Source of the DNA: Bianqueaceae bacterium
GTDB lineage: Bacteria > Bacillota > Clostridia > Lachnospirales > Bianqueaceae
Direction: 5' to 3'
Length of the DNA: 64,000 nt
NCBI GenBank assembly: GCA_045642205.1
Contig: JAZUIK010000181.1
Location: 5,306-69,305 of the forward strand
Every line of letters begins with the position of its first letter. Position 1 is the stretch's first letter. A program made the position numbers and the translations under genes. Below, piece by piece: positions 47,302 through 56,116 of the stretch. The notes under the pieces are model-generated. The model was not told where the DNA came from. It searched no databases and saw nothing but the letters and a program-made list of their open reading frames with translations.

Positions 47302-49041
47302 TTACTCCATGTTGGTGACGTAGGTGCAGTCAACAGTCTCGACAGCCTTGATCTGAGCGGTCAGCTCAGCAACGGTCAGAGCACCGGTACCGGTCCAGGT
47401 CAGGTCATCCCAGCTATACTCGAAGGAAGGATACTCGCCGGTTCCAAAGCCTTCACCATAATCATCAAATCCATTCTCGTAGAAAGTAACTGTTCCATCA
47501 GTGTTCAGGTACAGATCAGTGATACGAGTGATGTAGTAGTACTTGAAGTTCTCAACAGACTTGTCAGCCTTGGTGATATCAGCGGATACTTCCATGATAA
47601 CATACAGGATGTTCTGGTCAAGAGGAGAATGTCCTGCCATAGGAGTGAAGAAGTAATAACCGGCAGACTTAACACCGGTAAGAACAACACCGCCGTCGAT
47701 GTAATCCTGCTGAGAGAAGATCTCAGATGCGAGATATGCATAAGCAGAAGCCTCGAGGCTGGTGGTCATGCTGGCAACAGGAACATCGGCAATATCAGTG
47801 ATATAGCCTTCTCTTTCCAGACCGGAAACAGTGTAGTCCCAGGTGGTAACGGAAGGATACATACCATACAGGGAAGAGAGGAGTTCCTGCTCGAATTCGT
47901 CATATCCGTAGATATAGTAGTGGATAACATCGCCATTCTTCAGGGCCCAGGTGTCATCATCGGTTGTGATGTAAAGGGAGCCCATTACTTCCAGATCGTC
48001 ACGAAGAGTCAGGGTAACCCAGGTGCTTCCTTCAGAACCTTCAACGGTAACGGTTGCGCCTTCGAAAGGATCGAAGGTGGTAGCCTCTTCCAGACCTTCA
48101 ACCTTAACAGTGCTGTTCTCGAAGGTGATGACAGCATTGTTAGCATAGAAGTCGGGAAGGAGTTCGCCGTAATCAGAGAAGAAATCGTAGATATCCAGAG
48201 TAACGGTATCGCCATTGCTCAGGCCATAATAGTTATCCAGGTATACGGAGATGTTCTCGCAAAGAAGATCGACAACAGGCTCTTCGGGCATGTTCTTCTT
48301 CTTGCAGGTCCAAACGAGAGAGGTCTCGAAATCACCCTTCAGCTTGTTGGTATTGAACTTGACATCAGCTTCACCACTTCCGCTGATACCGGTGAAGGTT
48401 ACCTCGATGTAGTCGTTCAGGTTAACGGTAACAGGCTCAGCCTTGGGCTTGCCAAGAACGTTGATCAGAACGATAACGATAGCTGCCAGAGCGACAACAC
48501 CGGCAATGATACCGATGATCAGACCAGCCTTGCCCTTCTTCTTAGGAGCTTCAGCAGGAGCGGGAGCTGCCTGATAGGGGGGCTGCTGATACTGGGGCTG
48601 CTGGAACTGCTGGGGCTGCTGATACTGAGGCTGCTGGAACTGCTGAGGCTGCTGATAAGCATAAGCCTGAGGCTGCTGGTACTGAGGAGCAGACGCGGAG
48701 ACCGCGGGCTCTTCATAAGCAGGAGCAACAGGTGCCTCGTAAGCAGGAGCAGCAGGTGCCTCGTAAGCGGGAGCAGCGGGTGCTTCGTAAGCGGGAGCAG
48801 CAGGCTCTTCATAGACGGGAGCTACGGGCTCTTCATAAACGGGAGCAGACGCGGAGACCGCGGGTTCTTCGTAAACAGGAGCAGACGCGGAGACCGCGGG
48901 CTCTTCATAAACAGGAGCAGCGGGTTCTTCATAAACTGCCTGCTGCATAGCTGCAGCGACGGGAGCCTGAAGTTTTGCGCCACAGGTGGTACAGAACTTT
49001 GCACCATCCATTACCTGAGATCCGCACTGTGGACAATTCAT
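47302..49041 (-). CDS. zinc-ribbon membrane protein with Pro/Tyr/Glu and Gln-rich tandem repeats and a large extracytoplasmic domain
   Basis: N-terminal CPQCGSQV..FCTTCGAKL zinc ribbon. Repeats APVYEEPAVSAS, APAAPAYEAP and QQPQQFQQPQY. One TM helix, then a domain of about 390 aa of unknown function. Confidence 0.75.
   Translation of the reverse strand: MNCPQCGSQVMDGAKFCTTCGAKLQAPVAAAMQQAVYEEPAAPVYEEPAVSASAPVYEEPAVSASAPVYEEPVAPVYEEPAAPAYEAPAAPAYEAPAAPAYEAPVAPAYEEPAVSASAPQYQQPQAYAYQQPQQFQQPQYQQPQQFQQPQYQQPPYQAAPAPAEAPKKKGKAGLIIGIIAGVVALAAIVIVLINVLGKPKAEPVTVNLNDYIEVTFTGISGSGEADVKFNTNKLKGDFETSLVWTCKKKNMPEEPVVDLLCENISVYLDNYYGLSNGDTVTLDIYDFFSDYGELLPDFYANNAVITFENSTVKVEGLEEATTFDPFEGATVTVEGSEGSTWVTLTLRDDLEVMGSLYITTDDDTWALKNGDVIHYYIYGYDEFEQELLSSLYGMYPSVTTWDYTVSGLEREGYITDIADVPVASMTTSLEASAYAYLASEIFSQQDYIDGGVVLTGVKSAGYYFFTPMAGHSPLDQNILYVIMEVSADITKADKSVENFKYYYITRITDLYLNTDGTVTFYENGFDDYGEGFGTGEYPSFEYSWDDLTWTGTGALTVAELTAQIKAVETVDCTYVTNME
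48560..48960 (-). repeat. in-frame tandem DNA repeats encoding the YEEP/YEAP and QQPQ repeats
   Basis: Repeated blocks are visible directly, for example CTGCTGGAACTGCTG(G/A)GGCTGCTGATA twice and AGCAGACGCGGAGACCGCGGG(T/C)TCTTC twice. Confidence 0.7.
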
Positions 49042-49271
49042 AGTGTAGTCCTCCTTTAGATTATTAATAATTGTTGTTTACAGTTATTTAATGAAGAATA
49101 ACATAAGCACGGGAAAATCGCAATCAGTAAAATGGCTTATATACGATTGAATTTGAGAGATAAGGTTGGTACAATGAGGGTGATGACTTCTCAGATCGAA
49201 AGAGCAGAGAGAATCTTTCTCTGAGAGGTATTCTTTCCTATATTATAGAGTGATCTAAAAGGAGACTTATC

Positions 49272-50336
49272 ATGAGCAAAGTTGTTGTTGCCGTCATTGG
49301 TTGCGGTACCATTGCTAATTCCGCACATATCCCTTCCTACATGCAGATCCGTGATCTGGCTGAGGTTAAATATTTCTGTGATCTGATTCCCGAGCGTGCT
49401 GAAGCGGCAGTCGAGCGTTACGGCAGCGGAATCGCTATTACCGATTACCACGATGCACTGAACGATCCGGAGGTTCAGGCAATCTCTGTTTGTACTCCTA
49501 ACTATATGCATTGTCAGATTTCCTGTGATGCCATGAGAGCAGGTAAGGATGTTCTGTGTGAGAAGCCTGCGGCTCGTACTTACCAGGAAGCCTGTGAGAT
49601 GCAGAAGGTCCAGCATGAGACCGGACGTATCCTGAATATCGGTGTTGTCAATCGTTTCAATACCGCAGTTAATCGTATTAAGGACTACATCGATCAGGGT
49701 AAGCTGGGTGAAGTCTATAGTGTTTATATTTCCATGAGAGCACATCGCAGCATTCCCGGTCTTGGTGGTGCGTTTACGACTAAGGCAATTGCCGGCGGTG
49801 GTGTTCTGATCGATTGGGGCGTACATTATCTGGATATCGTTATGTACTGTCTGGGAGATCCCAAGCCCGTTACTGTCAGTGGCGAGACCTTCTGCAAGCT
49901 GGGTAAGGATATGCCCAACTATGTATACGAGAGCATGTGGTCCGAAATGACCAAGGATGTCAACGGAACCTACGATGTAGAGGATTCTGTTATGGGTCTG
50001 ATCCGTACCGATGGACCTGTTATCAACATTAACGGTGCATGGGCACAGAATATCGGTGTTGGTGAAGCCTTCATCGACTTCATGGGAACCAAGGGCGGTA
50101 TCCGTCTGCAGTATGGTCAGAACTTCACGGTCTACAGCACCGAGAATGGCGCTCTTACCGAGATGACTCCTACCTATAAGAAGACCGATCATTTCCTTAA
50201 TGAGATCACTGCATTTGTAAAGGATGTAGAGAGCCGTGAGCAGCTGCCCTCTCATATCGATATCAATATCAAGACTTCTCAGATCATGCAGGCGATCTAC
50301 GATTCCGCTGAGGCACATAAGGAAGTTCAGTTCTAA
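49272..50336 (+). CDS. Gfo/Idh/MocA family oxidoreductase
   Basis: VAVIGCGTIANSAHIPSY Rossmann motif and VLCEKPAA. A TTGAAT-17-TACAAT promoter candidate lies near 49150-49178. Confidence 0.85.
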   Translation: MSKVVVAVIGCGTIANSAHIPSYMQIRDLAEVKYFCDLIPERAEAAVERYGSGIAITDYHDALNDPEVQAISVCTPNYMHCQISCDAMRAGKDVLCEKPAARTYQEACEMQKVQHETGRILNIGVVNRFNTAVNRIKDYIDQGKLGEVYSVYISMRAHRSIPGLGGAFTTKAIAGGGVLIDWGVHYLDIVMYCLGDPKPVTVSGETFCKLGKDMPNYVYESMWSEMTKDVNGTYDVEDSVMGLIRTDGPVININGAWAQNIGVGEAFIDFMGTKGGIRLQYGQNFTVYSTENGALTEMTPTYKKTDHFLNEITAFVKDVESREQLPSHIDINIKTSQIMQAIYDSAEAHKEVQF

Positions 50337-50360
50337 TAATCAGAAAGCAGAGGACGGAAA

Positions 50361-51023
50361 ATGATCAGTGTATTTGATGTGATCGGCCCTAATATGATCG
50401 GTCCCTCCAGCTCTCATACAGCCGGAGCACTGCGCATTGCGCAGATGGCGGGAAAGATCGTCGACAGACCCATCAAAAAAGTGACCTTTGTGCTCTATGG
50501 GTCTTTTGCAAGAACCTACCGGGGACATGGTACCGACCGTGCGTTGGTAGCAGGTATCCTTGGATATACCACCGAGGACAAGCGAATCCGCGACTCTTTT
50601 CAGTATGCAAAGGAGGCGGGGGTCGAGTTCCACTTTGAGACTAATACAGTGGATACCGATGTCCATCCTAATACGGTGGAGATCATCATTACCGATGACG
50701 AAGGAAAGACCTGTAATGTTATGGGCGTTTCCATCGGCGGAGGCAAGGCACGCATTACCCGTCTGAATGGTCTGGAAGTGACGATCAATGGAGATATGCC
50801 TACACTGGTAGTCATGCAGCACGACCAGCCCGGTGTTATTGCACGTATTACCGACAGACTGTATCTGGACAATGTGAATATCGCATTTATCGATCTGTAT
50901 CGTGAAAACAGAAACGATCTGGCAGTCACAGTCTTTGAGATCGAGGGAGATGTTGAAGATGATCTGGTTCCCAGACTGCGCCGTATCCCCGGTATCGAAA
51001 GCGTCAATCTTTTGAAGTTTTAA
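50361..51023 (+). CDS. sdaAB: L-serine ammonia-lyase (iron-sulfur type), beta subunit
   Basis: SVFDVIGPNMIGPSSSHTAGA N-terminus with an ACT-like C-terminal half. Confidence 0.9.
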   Translation: MISVFDVIGPNMIGPSSSHTAGALRIAQMAGKIVDRPIKKVTFVLYGSFARTYRGHGTDRALVAGILGYTTEDKRIRDSFQYAKEAGVEFHFETNTVDTDVHPNTVEIIITDDEGKTCNVMGVSIGGGKARITRLNGLEVTINGDMPTLVVMQHDQPGVIARITDRLYLDNVNIAFIDLYRENRNDLAVTVFEIEGDVEDDLVPRLRRIPGIESVNLLKF

Positions 51024-51038
51024 CAGGGAGGGAGAAAG

Positions 51039-51926
51039 ATGATTCAGTTTTCTAATGGAAATCAGCTCCTTGCTCTGTGTAAGAAGGAGAATATTGCCAT
51101 CTCGGAAGCGATGATGCTTAGAGAGATCGATCTGATGGAGACCACCAGAGAGGATGCATTCGAGAGAATGCGTCATTCCTGGCAGATCATGAAAGATGCC
51201 GTACAGGAAGGACAGACCAGTGAGATCCATTCGATGGGTGGGCTGATCGGCGGTGAAGCCAAAAAGATGAGACAGTACCGAGAGGAGAAAGGTTCTCTTT
51301 GCGGCGAGATGATCTCCAAGGCAACCTCCTATGCTATGGGCGTTCTGGAAGTCAATGCTTCTATGGGTCTGATCGTGGCAGCACCTACAGCAGGATCCTC
51401 CGGCGTTATTCCCGGTGTATTCTGTGCGATACAGGAAACCTATGGTTTTTCTGATGACCAGATGATCATGGCACTGTTCCATGCGGGTGCGGTAGGATAT
51501 CTGGCTATGCAGAATGCAACCGTTGCAGGAGCCGAAGGCGGATGTCAGGCCGAGATCGGTGTTGCGGCAGCGATGGCAGCATCGGCTGTGGTGGAACTGC
51601 TGGGCGGCGATCCGGAAACATCCTTGAGTGCAGCAGGCAGCGTGCTGGGAACCATGCTGGGACTGGTATGTGATCCTATCGGAGGCCTGGTGGAGGCACC
51701 TTGTCAGAAACGTAATGCGATCGGCGCGGCGAATGCTCTGGTCAACGCAGAAATGGCACTCAGCGGAGTTCGCGCGCTGGTACCCTTTGATGAGATGCTG
51801 CAGGTTATGTACCGTGTCGGAAGATCGCTTCCCTACGAGCTTCGTGAGACGGCACTGGGAGGTGTCGCAGCGGCACCGACAGCCTGTGAATTATGTAAGG
51901 CAAAAGGCGCCGATTGCGGTTGTTAA
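51039..51926 (+). CDS. sdaAA: L-serine ammonia-lyase (iron-sulfur type), alpha subunit
   Basis: PTAGSSGVIPG, GGCQAEIG and LVCDPIGGLVEAPCQKRN motifs. Confidence 0.9.
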   Translation: MIQFSNGNQLLALCKKENIAISEAMMLREIDLMETTREDAFERMRHSWQIMKDAVQEGQTSEIHSMGGLIGGEAKKMRQYREEKGSLCGEMISKATSYAMGVLEVNASMGLIVAAPTAGSSGVIPGVFCAIQETYGFSDDQMIMALFHAGAVGYLAMQNATVAGAEGGCQAEIGVAAAMAASAVVELLGGDPETSLSAAGSVLGTMLGLVCDPIGGLVEAPCQKRNAIGAANALVNAEMALSGVRALVPFDEMLQVMYRVGRSLPYELRETALGGVAAAPTACELCKAKGADCGC

Positions 51927-51940
51927 ATTGAGATATACAG

Positions 51941-51978
51941 AGCCTGATCTTCATGAAAAAAGAAGATCAGGCTTTTTC
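51941..51978 (+). terminator. intrinsic terminator of the sda operon
   Basis: AGCCTGATCTTC / GAAGATCAGGCT 12-bp stem followed by TTTTT. Confidence 0.7.
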
Positions 51979-52030
51979 CTTGTCCTGTGAAAATACCCTT
52001 GGAGCACCAAGGGCCCCTGACCCGTTCTTT

Positions 52031-52073
52031 TGTGGTTTGCTTTTTGAAAAACCACAAGGTCTTGTGGTTTTTT
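52031..52073 (+). terminator. second hairpin plus T6 with an alternative upstream pairing partner
   Basis: ACCACAAG-GT-CTTGTGGT followed by TTTTTT. The same AAACCACA segment can instead pair with TGTGGTTT at 52031-52038. Confidence 0.45.
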
Positions 52074-52106
52074 GCAAAAAAATGTATTACATTTCTGTTA
52101 CAGGCA

Positions 52107-52135
52107 TTGCCTTTTATAACCCCGGATGTTATAAT
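52107..52135 (+). promoter_or_regulatory. promoter TTGCCT-17-TATAAT with TGn extension
   Basis: TTGCCT at 52107-52112, a 17-nt spacer, then TGTTATAAT ending at 52135. Confidence 0.5.
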
Positions 52136-52141
52136 CTTCCT

Positions 52142-52283
52142 TGCCTGTTAGGACACTGGCTGGCGAGGAGAGCAAACACAGATAAAGGCACTTCAAGGTA
52201 GGGGGACCTAAACCCGGTAGACGGCTTTGGAAAGTGCCAGATAAAAGATCGCATTTCGATTTGGGATGCGATCTTTTTATTTT
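52142..52283 (+). ncRNA. candidate structured RNA of about 140 nt (unclassified sRNA or leader) bounded by its own promoter and terminator
   Basis: Imperfect 12-bp helix 52187-52198 / 52225-52238 (GGCACTTCAAGG / CTTTG-GA-AAGTGCC). Terminator GATCGCAT / ATGCGATC (52247-52273) followed by TTTTTATTTT. No credible ORF. Confidence 0.4.
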
Positions 52284-52418
52284 GCCCTGGCCCTTGCTTG
52301 ACAATCATAGGTTGTCGGGTGCATACTTGTAAGACAACTTTAAATGGGGGTTTATACACATATATCAAAGATATGTCATAGATCTCCATGAATCAACCCA
52401 GTAGAAAAAAGGTGTGTT

Positions 52419-53837
52419 ATGAAACAGGATGATATCAAGATCCTGGCAGTGGAACTGCCGGAAGATATATTGAAAGCTAAGTGGTGCGGAGATTTTGACC
52501 GCTGCGAGAGACTGATCAAAGTCTATCTTGCATCCGATCGCACGCCTGAATTTGTCAAGCAGCGTTTACAGGTCGAAAGAGAGATCCTTGCAAGACTTCC
52601 TCTGGACTATGGATATGATCTGGAACAGGCAGTCAAAGTCGTACAGGAGGAGATCCCTGATTTTACCATGGAAGAACTGGAAAGCTTCATGGATCAGGGA
52701 AAGGTCGATTGGATCTATATCAACGGAAAACCTCACACCGCCACCCGTTTTTATGAGACCCTGGTAAAGGTACAGCCGGATATTGCCCGCCGTGCCGGAA
52801 AGATCCAGGAGTCCTTCAACGAGACCGCAACGACCAAGCTGAGAGAAAAAGCTCACGCCATCATGGAAGAGAAGGGCTATGTCAAAGCACATATCGCTCT
52901 TCAGGCAAAGATCGAGATCAAGCCTGAGAGCTTCTGCGAGGAAGAGGTACTGGTCCATCTTCCCATTCCGAAGCCCCAGAAGAATATGTCCAATATCCGC
53001 ATCCTGCGTACCATTCCTGCAATGAATGAGGCAGAAGGCGTGATCGTTGAGATCGGCAGTGAGGACCAACCTCATCGCACGGTTTCCTTCCGCGAGAAAA
53101 TGAAAGAAAATCATCCTTTCATTGTTGAGTATGAGTACGACTCTACAGCAGAATATGTAGATCCCTCCAAGGTTCCCTCCGAAAAGACAGAGGAAACCTA
53201 TACAGAGGCTGATCTGGAGGAGGTATATCCTCACATTCGTTTTACACCTACTATCCGTGCTCTGTATAAGGAGCTCGCAGGTGATGAGACCGATCCTATG
53301 AAGCTGGCTCGCCGTTTTTATGATTATGTGACCACCAAGGTTGTATATTCCTTTATGCGTACGTACTTTACTCTGGAAGAGATCCCCGAGTATGCCGCAC
53401 TGGGACAGAAGGGTGACTGTGGTGTACAGGCACTGCTGTTTGTTACGCTGTGCCGTCTGGCCGGAATTCCCGCAAGGTGGCAGAGTGGTCTGTGTGTGAC
53501 ACCTGCCTTCATGGATGAGCCTGCCGATTGCGGTATGCATGACTGGGCTATGTTCTATACGGAAAAGTTTGGTTGGTGCTTTACCGATTGTTCCTACGGT
53601 GGATCGGCATACAGAGCAGGCAACGAGCTGCTTTGGAACCATTATTTCTGCAACCTGGATGCAGACCGTATGGCTGCGAACGATACCTATCAGGCAGGTC
53701 TGATCCCTGAAAAACAGTATACCCGTCAGGATCCTTATGATTCTCAGGCAGGTGAGATCGAGTACAAGAGTCATGGTCTTCTCTGGAAGGATACGATCAG
53801 GGAGCGCACGCTTTTAGATTATCAGCTGATCGATTGA
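52419..53837 (+). CDS. transglutaminase-like cysteine protease domain protein
   Basis: GDCGVQALLFVTLCRLAGIPARW (catalytic Cys), with downstream MHDW and D residues. A TTGACA-18-CATACT promoter candidate lies at 52298-52327. Confidence 0.8.
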   Translation: MKQDDIKILAVELPEDILKAKWCGDFDRCERLIKVYLASDRTPEFVKQRLQVEREILARLPLDYGYDLEQAVKVVQEEIPDFTMEELESFMDQGKVDWIYINGKPHTATRFYETLVKVQPDIARRAGKIQESFNETATTKLREKAHAIMEEKGYVKAHIALQAKIEIKPESFCEEEVLVHLPIPKPQKNMSNIRILRTIPAMNEAEGVIVEIGSEDQPHRTVSFREKMKENHPFIVEYEYDSTAEYVDPSKVPSEKTEETYTEADLEEVYPHIRFTPTIRALYKELAGDETDPMKLARRFYDYVTTKVVYSFMRTYFTLEEIPEYAALGQKGDCGVQALLFVTLCRLAGIPARWQSGLCVTPAFMDEPADCGMHDWAMFYTEKFGWCFTDCSYGGSAYRAGNELLWNHYFCNLDADRMAANDTYQAGLIPEKQYTRQDPYDSQAGEIEYKSHGLLWKDTIRERTLLDYQLID

Positions 53838-53897
53838 TAAAAAGAAGTTAATAGGAAAGTAAATCGAAGGGATCTTTATCCTGTTAGGAGAAATACA

Positions 53898-56018
53898 GTG
53901 GAAAAGAAAGAAATGAAAAACCGCATTCCGGAAATGTATGGTAGTCTGGTCTTCGGCGATGATGCGATGAAGGCTTACCTGCCGGAGGACGTCTATCTGA
54001 AGCTGAAGCAGACCATGAAAGACGGCCGTCGTCTGGATGTGGAGATCGCGGATGCGGTAGCTTCTGCCATGAAGGACTGGGCTACGGAGCATGGTGCTAC
54101 CCACTATACTCATTGGTTCCAGCCCATGACCGGAATTACCGCAGAGAAGCATGACAGCTTTATCCATCCCACGAAGGACGGAAAGGTCATCATGGTCTTC
54201 AAGGGCAAGGAACTGATGCGCGGCGAGACGGATGGATCTTCTCTGCCCAACGGAGGTCTTCGTTCCACCTTTGAGGCCAGGGGATATACCGCATGGGATC
54301 CCTCTGCCTATGCCTTCATCAAGGATCATACCCTGTGTATCCCTACCGTGTTTTATGCCTACGGCGGAGAAGCACTGGATAAGAAGACCCCTCTTCTTCG
54401 CAGTGTGGATGCGATCAACAAGCAGACGCTGCGTATTCTGAAGCTCTTTGGCAAGGATGATGTAAAGCGTGTTACGGTGACGGTCGGTGCGGAGCAGGAG
54501 TATTTCCTGATCAATCGCCATAAATACTATCTGCGTCCTGACCTGGTCATTACCGGACGTACACTGTTTGGTGCCCGTCCCTCCAAGGGACAGGAAATGG
54601 AAGACCACTATTTCGGAACGATTAAGCCCAAGGTTATGGAATTCATGACCGATCTGGATGAAGAACTCTGGAAACTGGGAATTCCCGCTAAAACGGAGCA
54701 CAATGAGGTAGCTCCTGCGCAGCATGAGCTGGCACCTGTATTTGAAGATTGTAACAATGCATTGGACGATAATCAGCTGATGATGGAGAGTATGAAAAAA
54801 GTGGCTCGTCGTCATGGACTGGCATGTCTGCTTCATGAAAAACCCTTTGCCGGAGTCAATGGTTCCGGTAAACATAACAACTGGTCTCTGACGACGGATA
54901 CCGGCATCAATCTGCTGGAGCCCGGTGAGTCTCCTAGTGAAAATGCGCAGTTTCTTCTGTTCCTCTGCGCTGTGATCAAGGCAGTGGATGACTATCAGGA
55001 TCTGCTCCGTGTATCCGTTGCCAGTGCCAGCAACGATCATCGTCTGGGCGGCAATGAAGCACCTCCTGCGATCCTGTCCATGTTCCTCGGTGATGAGCTG
55101 AAGGAGATCCTGGATACCATCGAACAGGGAAGTGATTACCAGCAGAAGGATCGACAGACAATGACGGTCGGTGTTCATATCCTGCCCCGTATTCCCAAGG
55201 ATACGACAGACAGAAACAGAACCTCGCCCTTTGCCTTCACCGGTAACAAGTTTGAGTTCCGTATGCCCGGAAGCGGTGCGTCTATTTCCGATCCCGATGT
55301 GATCATCAATACCATCGTTGCCGAGTCCCTTTGCCTCTTTGCGGATGAACTGGAAGCGAAGATGGCGGAGGGTGTAGACTTTACCACCGCACTGAACGAG
55401 CTGATCGTTAAGGTGATCCGTCAGCATAAGCGTATCCTGTTCAACGGAAATAACTACAGCAATGAGTGGCATGAGGAAGCAATGCGCCGCGGCCTGAAGG
55501 AAGCAAAGACCACGGTCGATGCACTGCCGGCTTATCTTGCAGAGAAGAATATCGCGCTTTTCGATAAGCATCATATCTTCACCAAGGCAGAGCTGGAATC
55601 CCGTTATGAGATCTCTCTGGAAAGCTATATCAAGACGGTCAACCTGGAAGCACTGACCATGATCGACATGACCTATCGGGATATCCTTCCCGCTGTCAGC
55701 GGTTATGTCAATGATCTTTGCCAGACTGCGCTGAATAAGCAGCAGCTTCTGGGTGGCGCCATCAAGAGCCATGAGTCCAGACTGGTGGAAAGACTCTCAG
55801 ATCTCAGCAGCGAGACCTACAGTGCGCTGGAGCATCTGGAGGCAGTCGTCAATTCCGCAAAGAGCTTTGCGGATATGACTGAGCAGGGACATCATTTCCG
55901 TGATGAGGTCGTTCCTGCCATGGCGAAACTTCGTGAGGCTGTCGATGGCATGGAGTTCCTGACTTCTGAAGAGAAGTGGCCTTATCCTAACTACAGAGAG
56001 CTCTTGTTCTACGTATAA
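53898..56018 (+). CDS. glnN: glutamine synthetase, type III
   Basis: About 700 aa with the GSIII-typical N-terminus IPEMYGSLVFGDDAMKAYLP and a catalytic core (NGSGKHNNWS). GTG 53898 lies 6 nt after AGGAGA; ATG 53913 is the alternative start. Confidence 0.9.
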   Translation: MEKKEMKNRIPEMYGSLVFGDDAMKAYLPEDVYLKLKQTMKDGRRLDVEIADAVASAMKDWATEHGATHYTHWFQPMTGITAEKHDSFIHPTKDGKVIMVFKGKELMRGETDGSSLPNGGLRSTFEARGYTAWDPSAYAFIKDHTLCIPTVFYAYGGEALDKKTPLLRSVDAINKQTLRILKLFGKDDVKRVTVTVGAEQEYFLINRHKYYLRPDLVITGRTLFGARPSKGQEMEDHYFGTIKPKVMEFMTDLDEELWKLGIPAKTEHNEVAPAQHELAPVFEDCNNALDDNQLMMESMKKVARRHGLACLLHEKPFAGVNGSGKHNNWSLTTDTGINLLEPGESPSENAQFLLFLCAVIKAVDDYQDLLRVSVASASNDHRLGGNEAPPAILSMFLGDELKEILDTIEQGSDYQQKDRQTMTVGVHILPRIPKDTTDRNRTSPFAFTGNKFEFRMPGSGASISDPDVIINTIVAESLCLFADELEAKMAEGVDFTTALNELIVKVIRQHKRILFNGNNYSNEWHEEAMRRGLKEAKTTVDALPAYLAEKNIALFDKHHIFTKAELESRYEISLESYIKTVNLEALTMIDMTYRDILPAVSGYVNDLCQTALNKQQLLGGAIKSHESRLVERLSDLSSETYSALEHLEAVVNSAKSFADMTEQGHHFRDEVVPAMAKLREAVDGMEFLTSEEKWPYPNYRELLFYV

Positions 56019-56040
56019 GTCATTATCAAGAGGAGTCGGA

Positions 56041-56072
56041 TCAGGACTCCTTTTGCTTTTTTGTCACAGCAA
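56041..56072 (+). terminator. intrinsic terminator after glnN
   Basis: AGGAGTC-GGATCAG-GACTCCT followed by TTTTGCTTTTTT. Confidence 0.7.
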
Positions 56073-56116
56073 ACTCCTGAAAAGGAGATCTCTTAGAGAA
56101 GAGAGGAAGGATCCTT

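Noticed and set aside
52081-52103. GlnR/TnrA box (TGTNAN7TNACA) near the RNA-unit promoter, and a similar-looking TGTTACAAATATTACA at 41305-41320.
   Set aside because: The half-sites are present, but the spacing is off by one or the second half-site is a direct rather than inverted repeat. Neither fits the 17-bp consensus.
52142-52283. Assignment of the candidate RNA to c-di-GMP-I, ZTP, guanidine-III or ANTAR-target classes.
   Set aside because: Only short fragments coincide (GCAAAC, ACTGGC, ACCCGGTAG..ACGGC). The defining conserved cores, helices and hexaloops are absent, so it is left unclassified.
51953-52389. Small ORFs (82, 68 and 86 aa) covering the hairpin and RNA region.
   Set aside because: They overlap terminator hairpins and the promoter, lack an RBS, and their sequences are dominated by hairpin-encoded symmetry.
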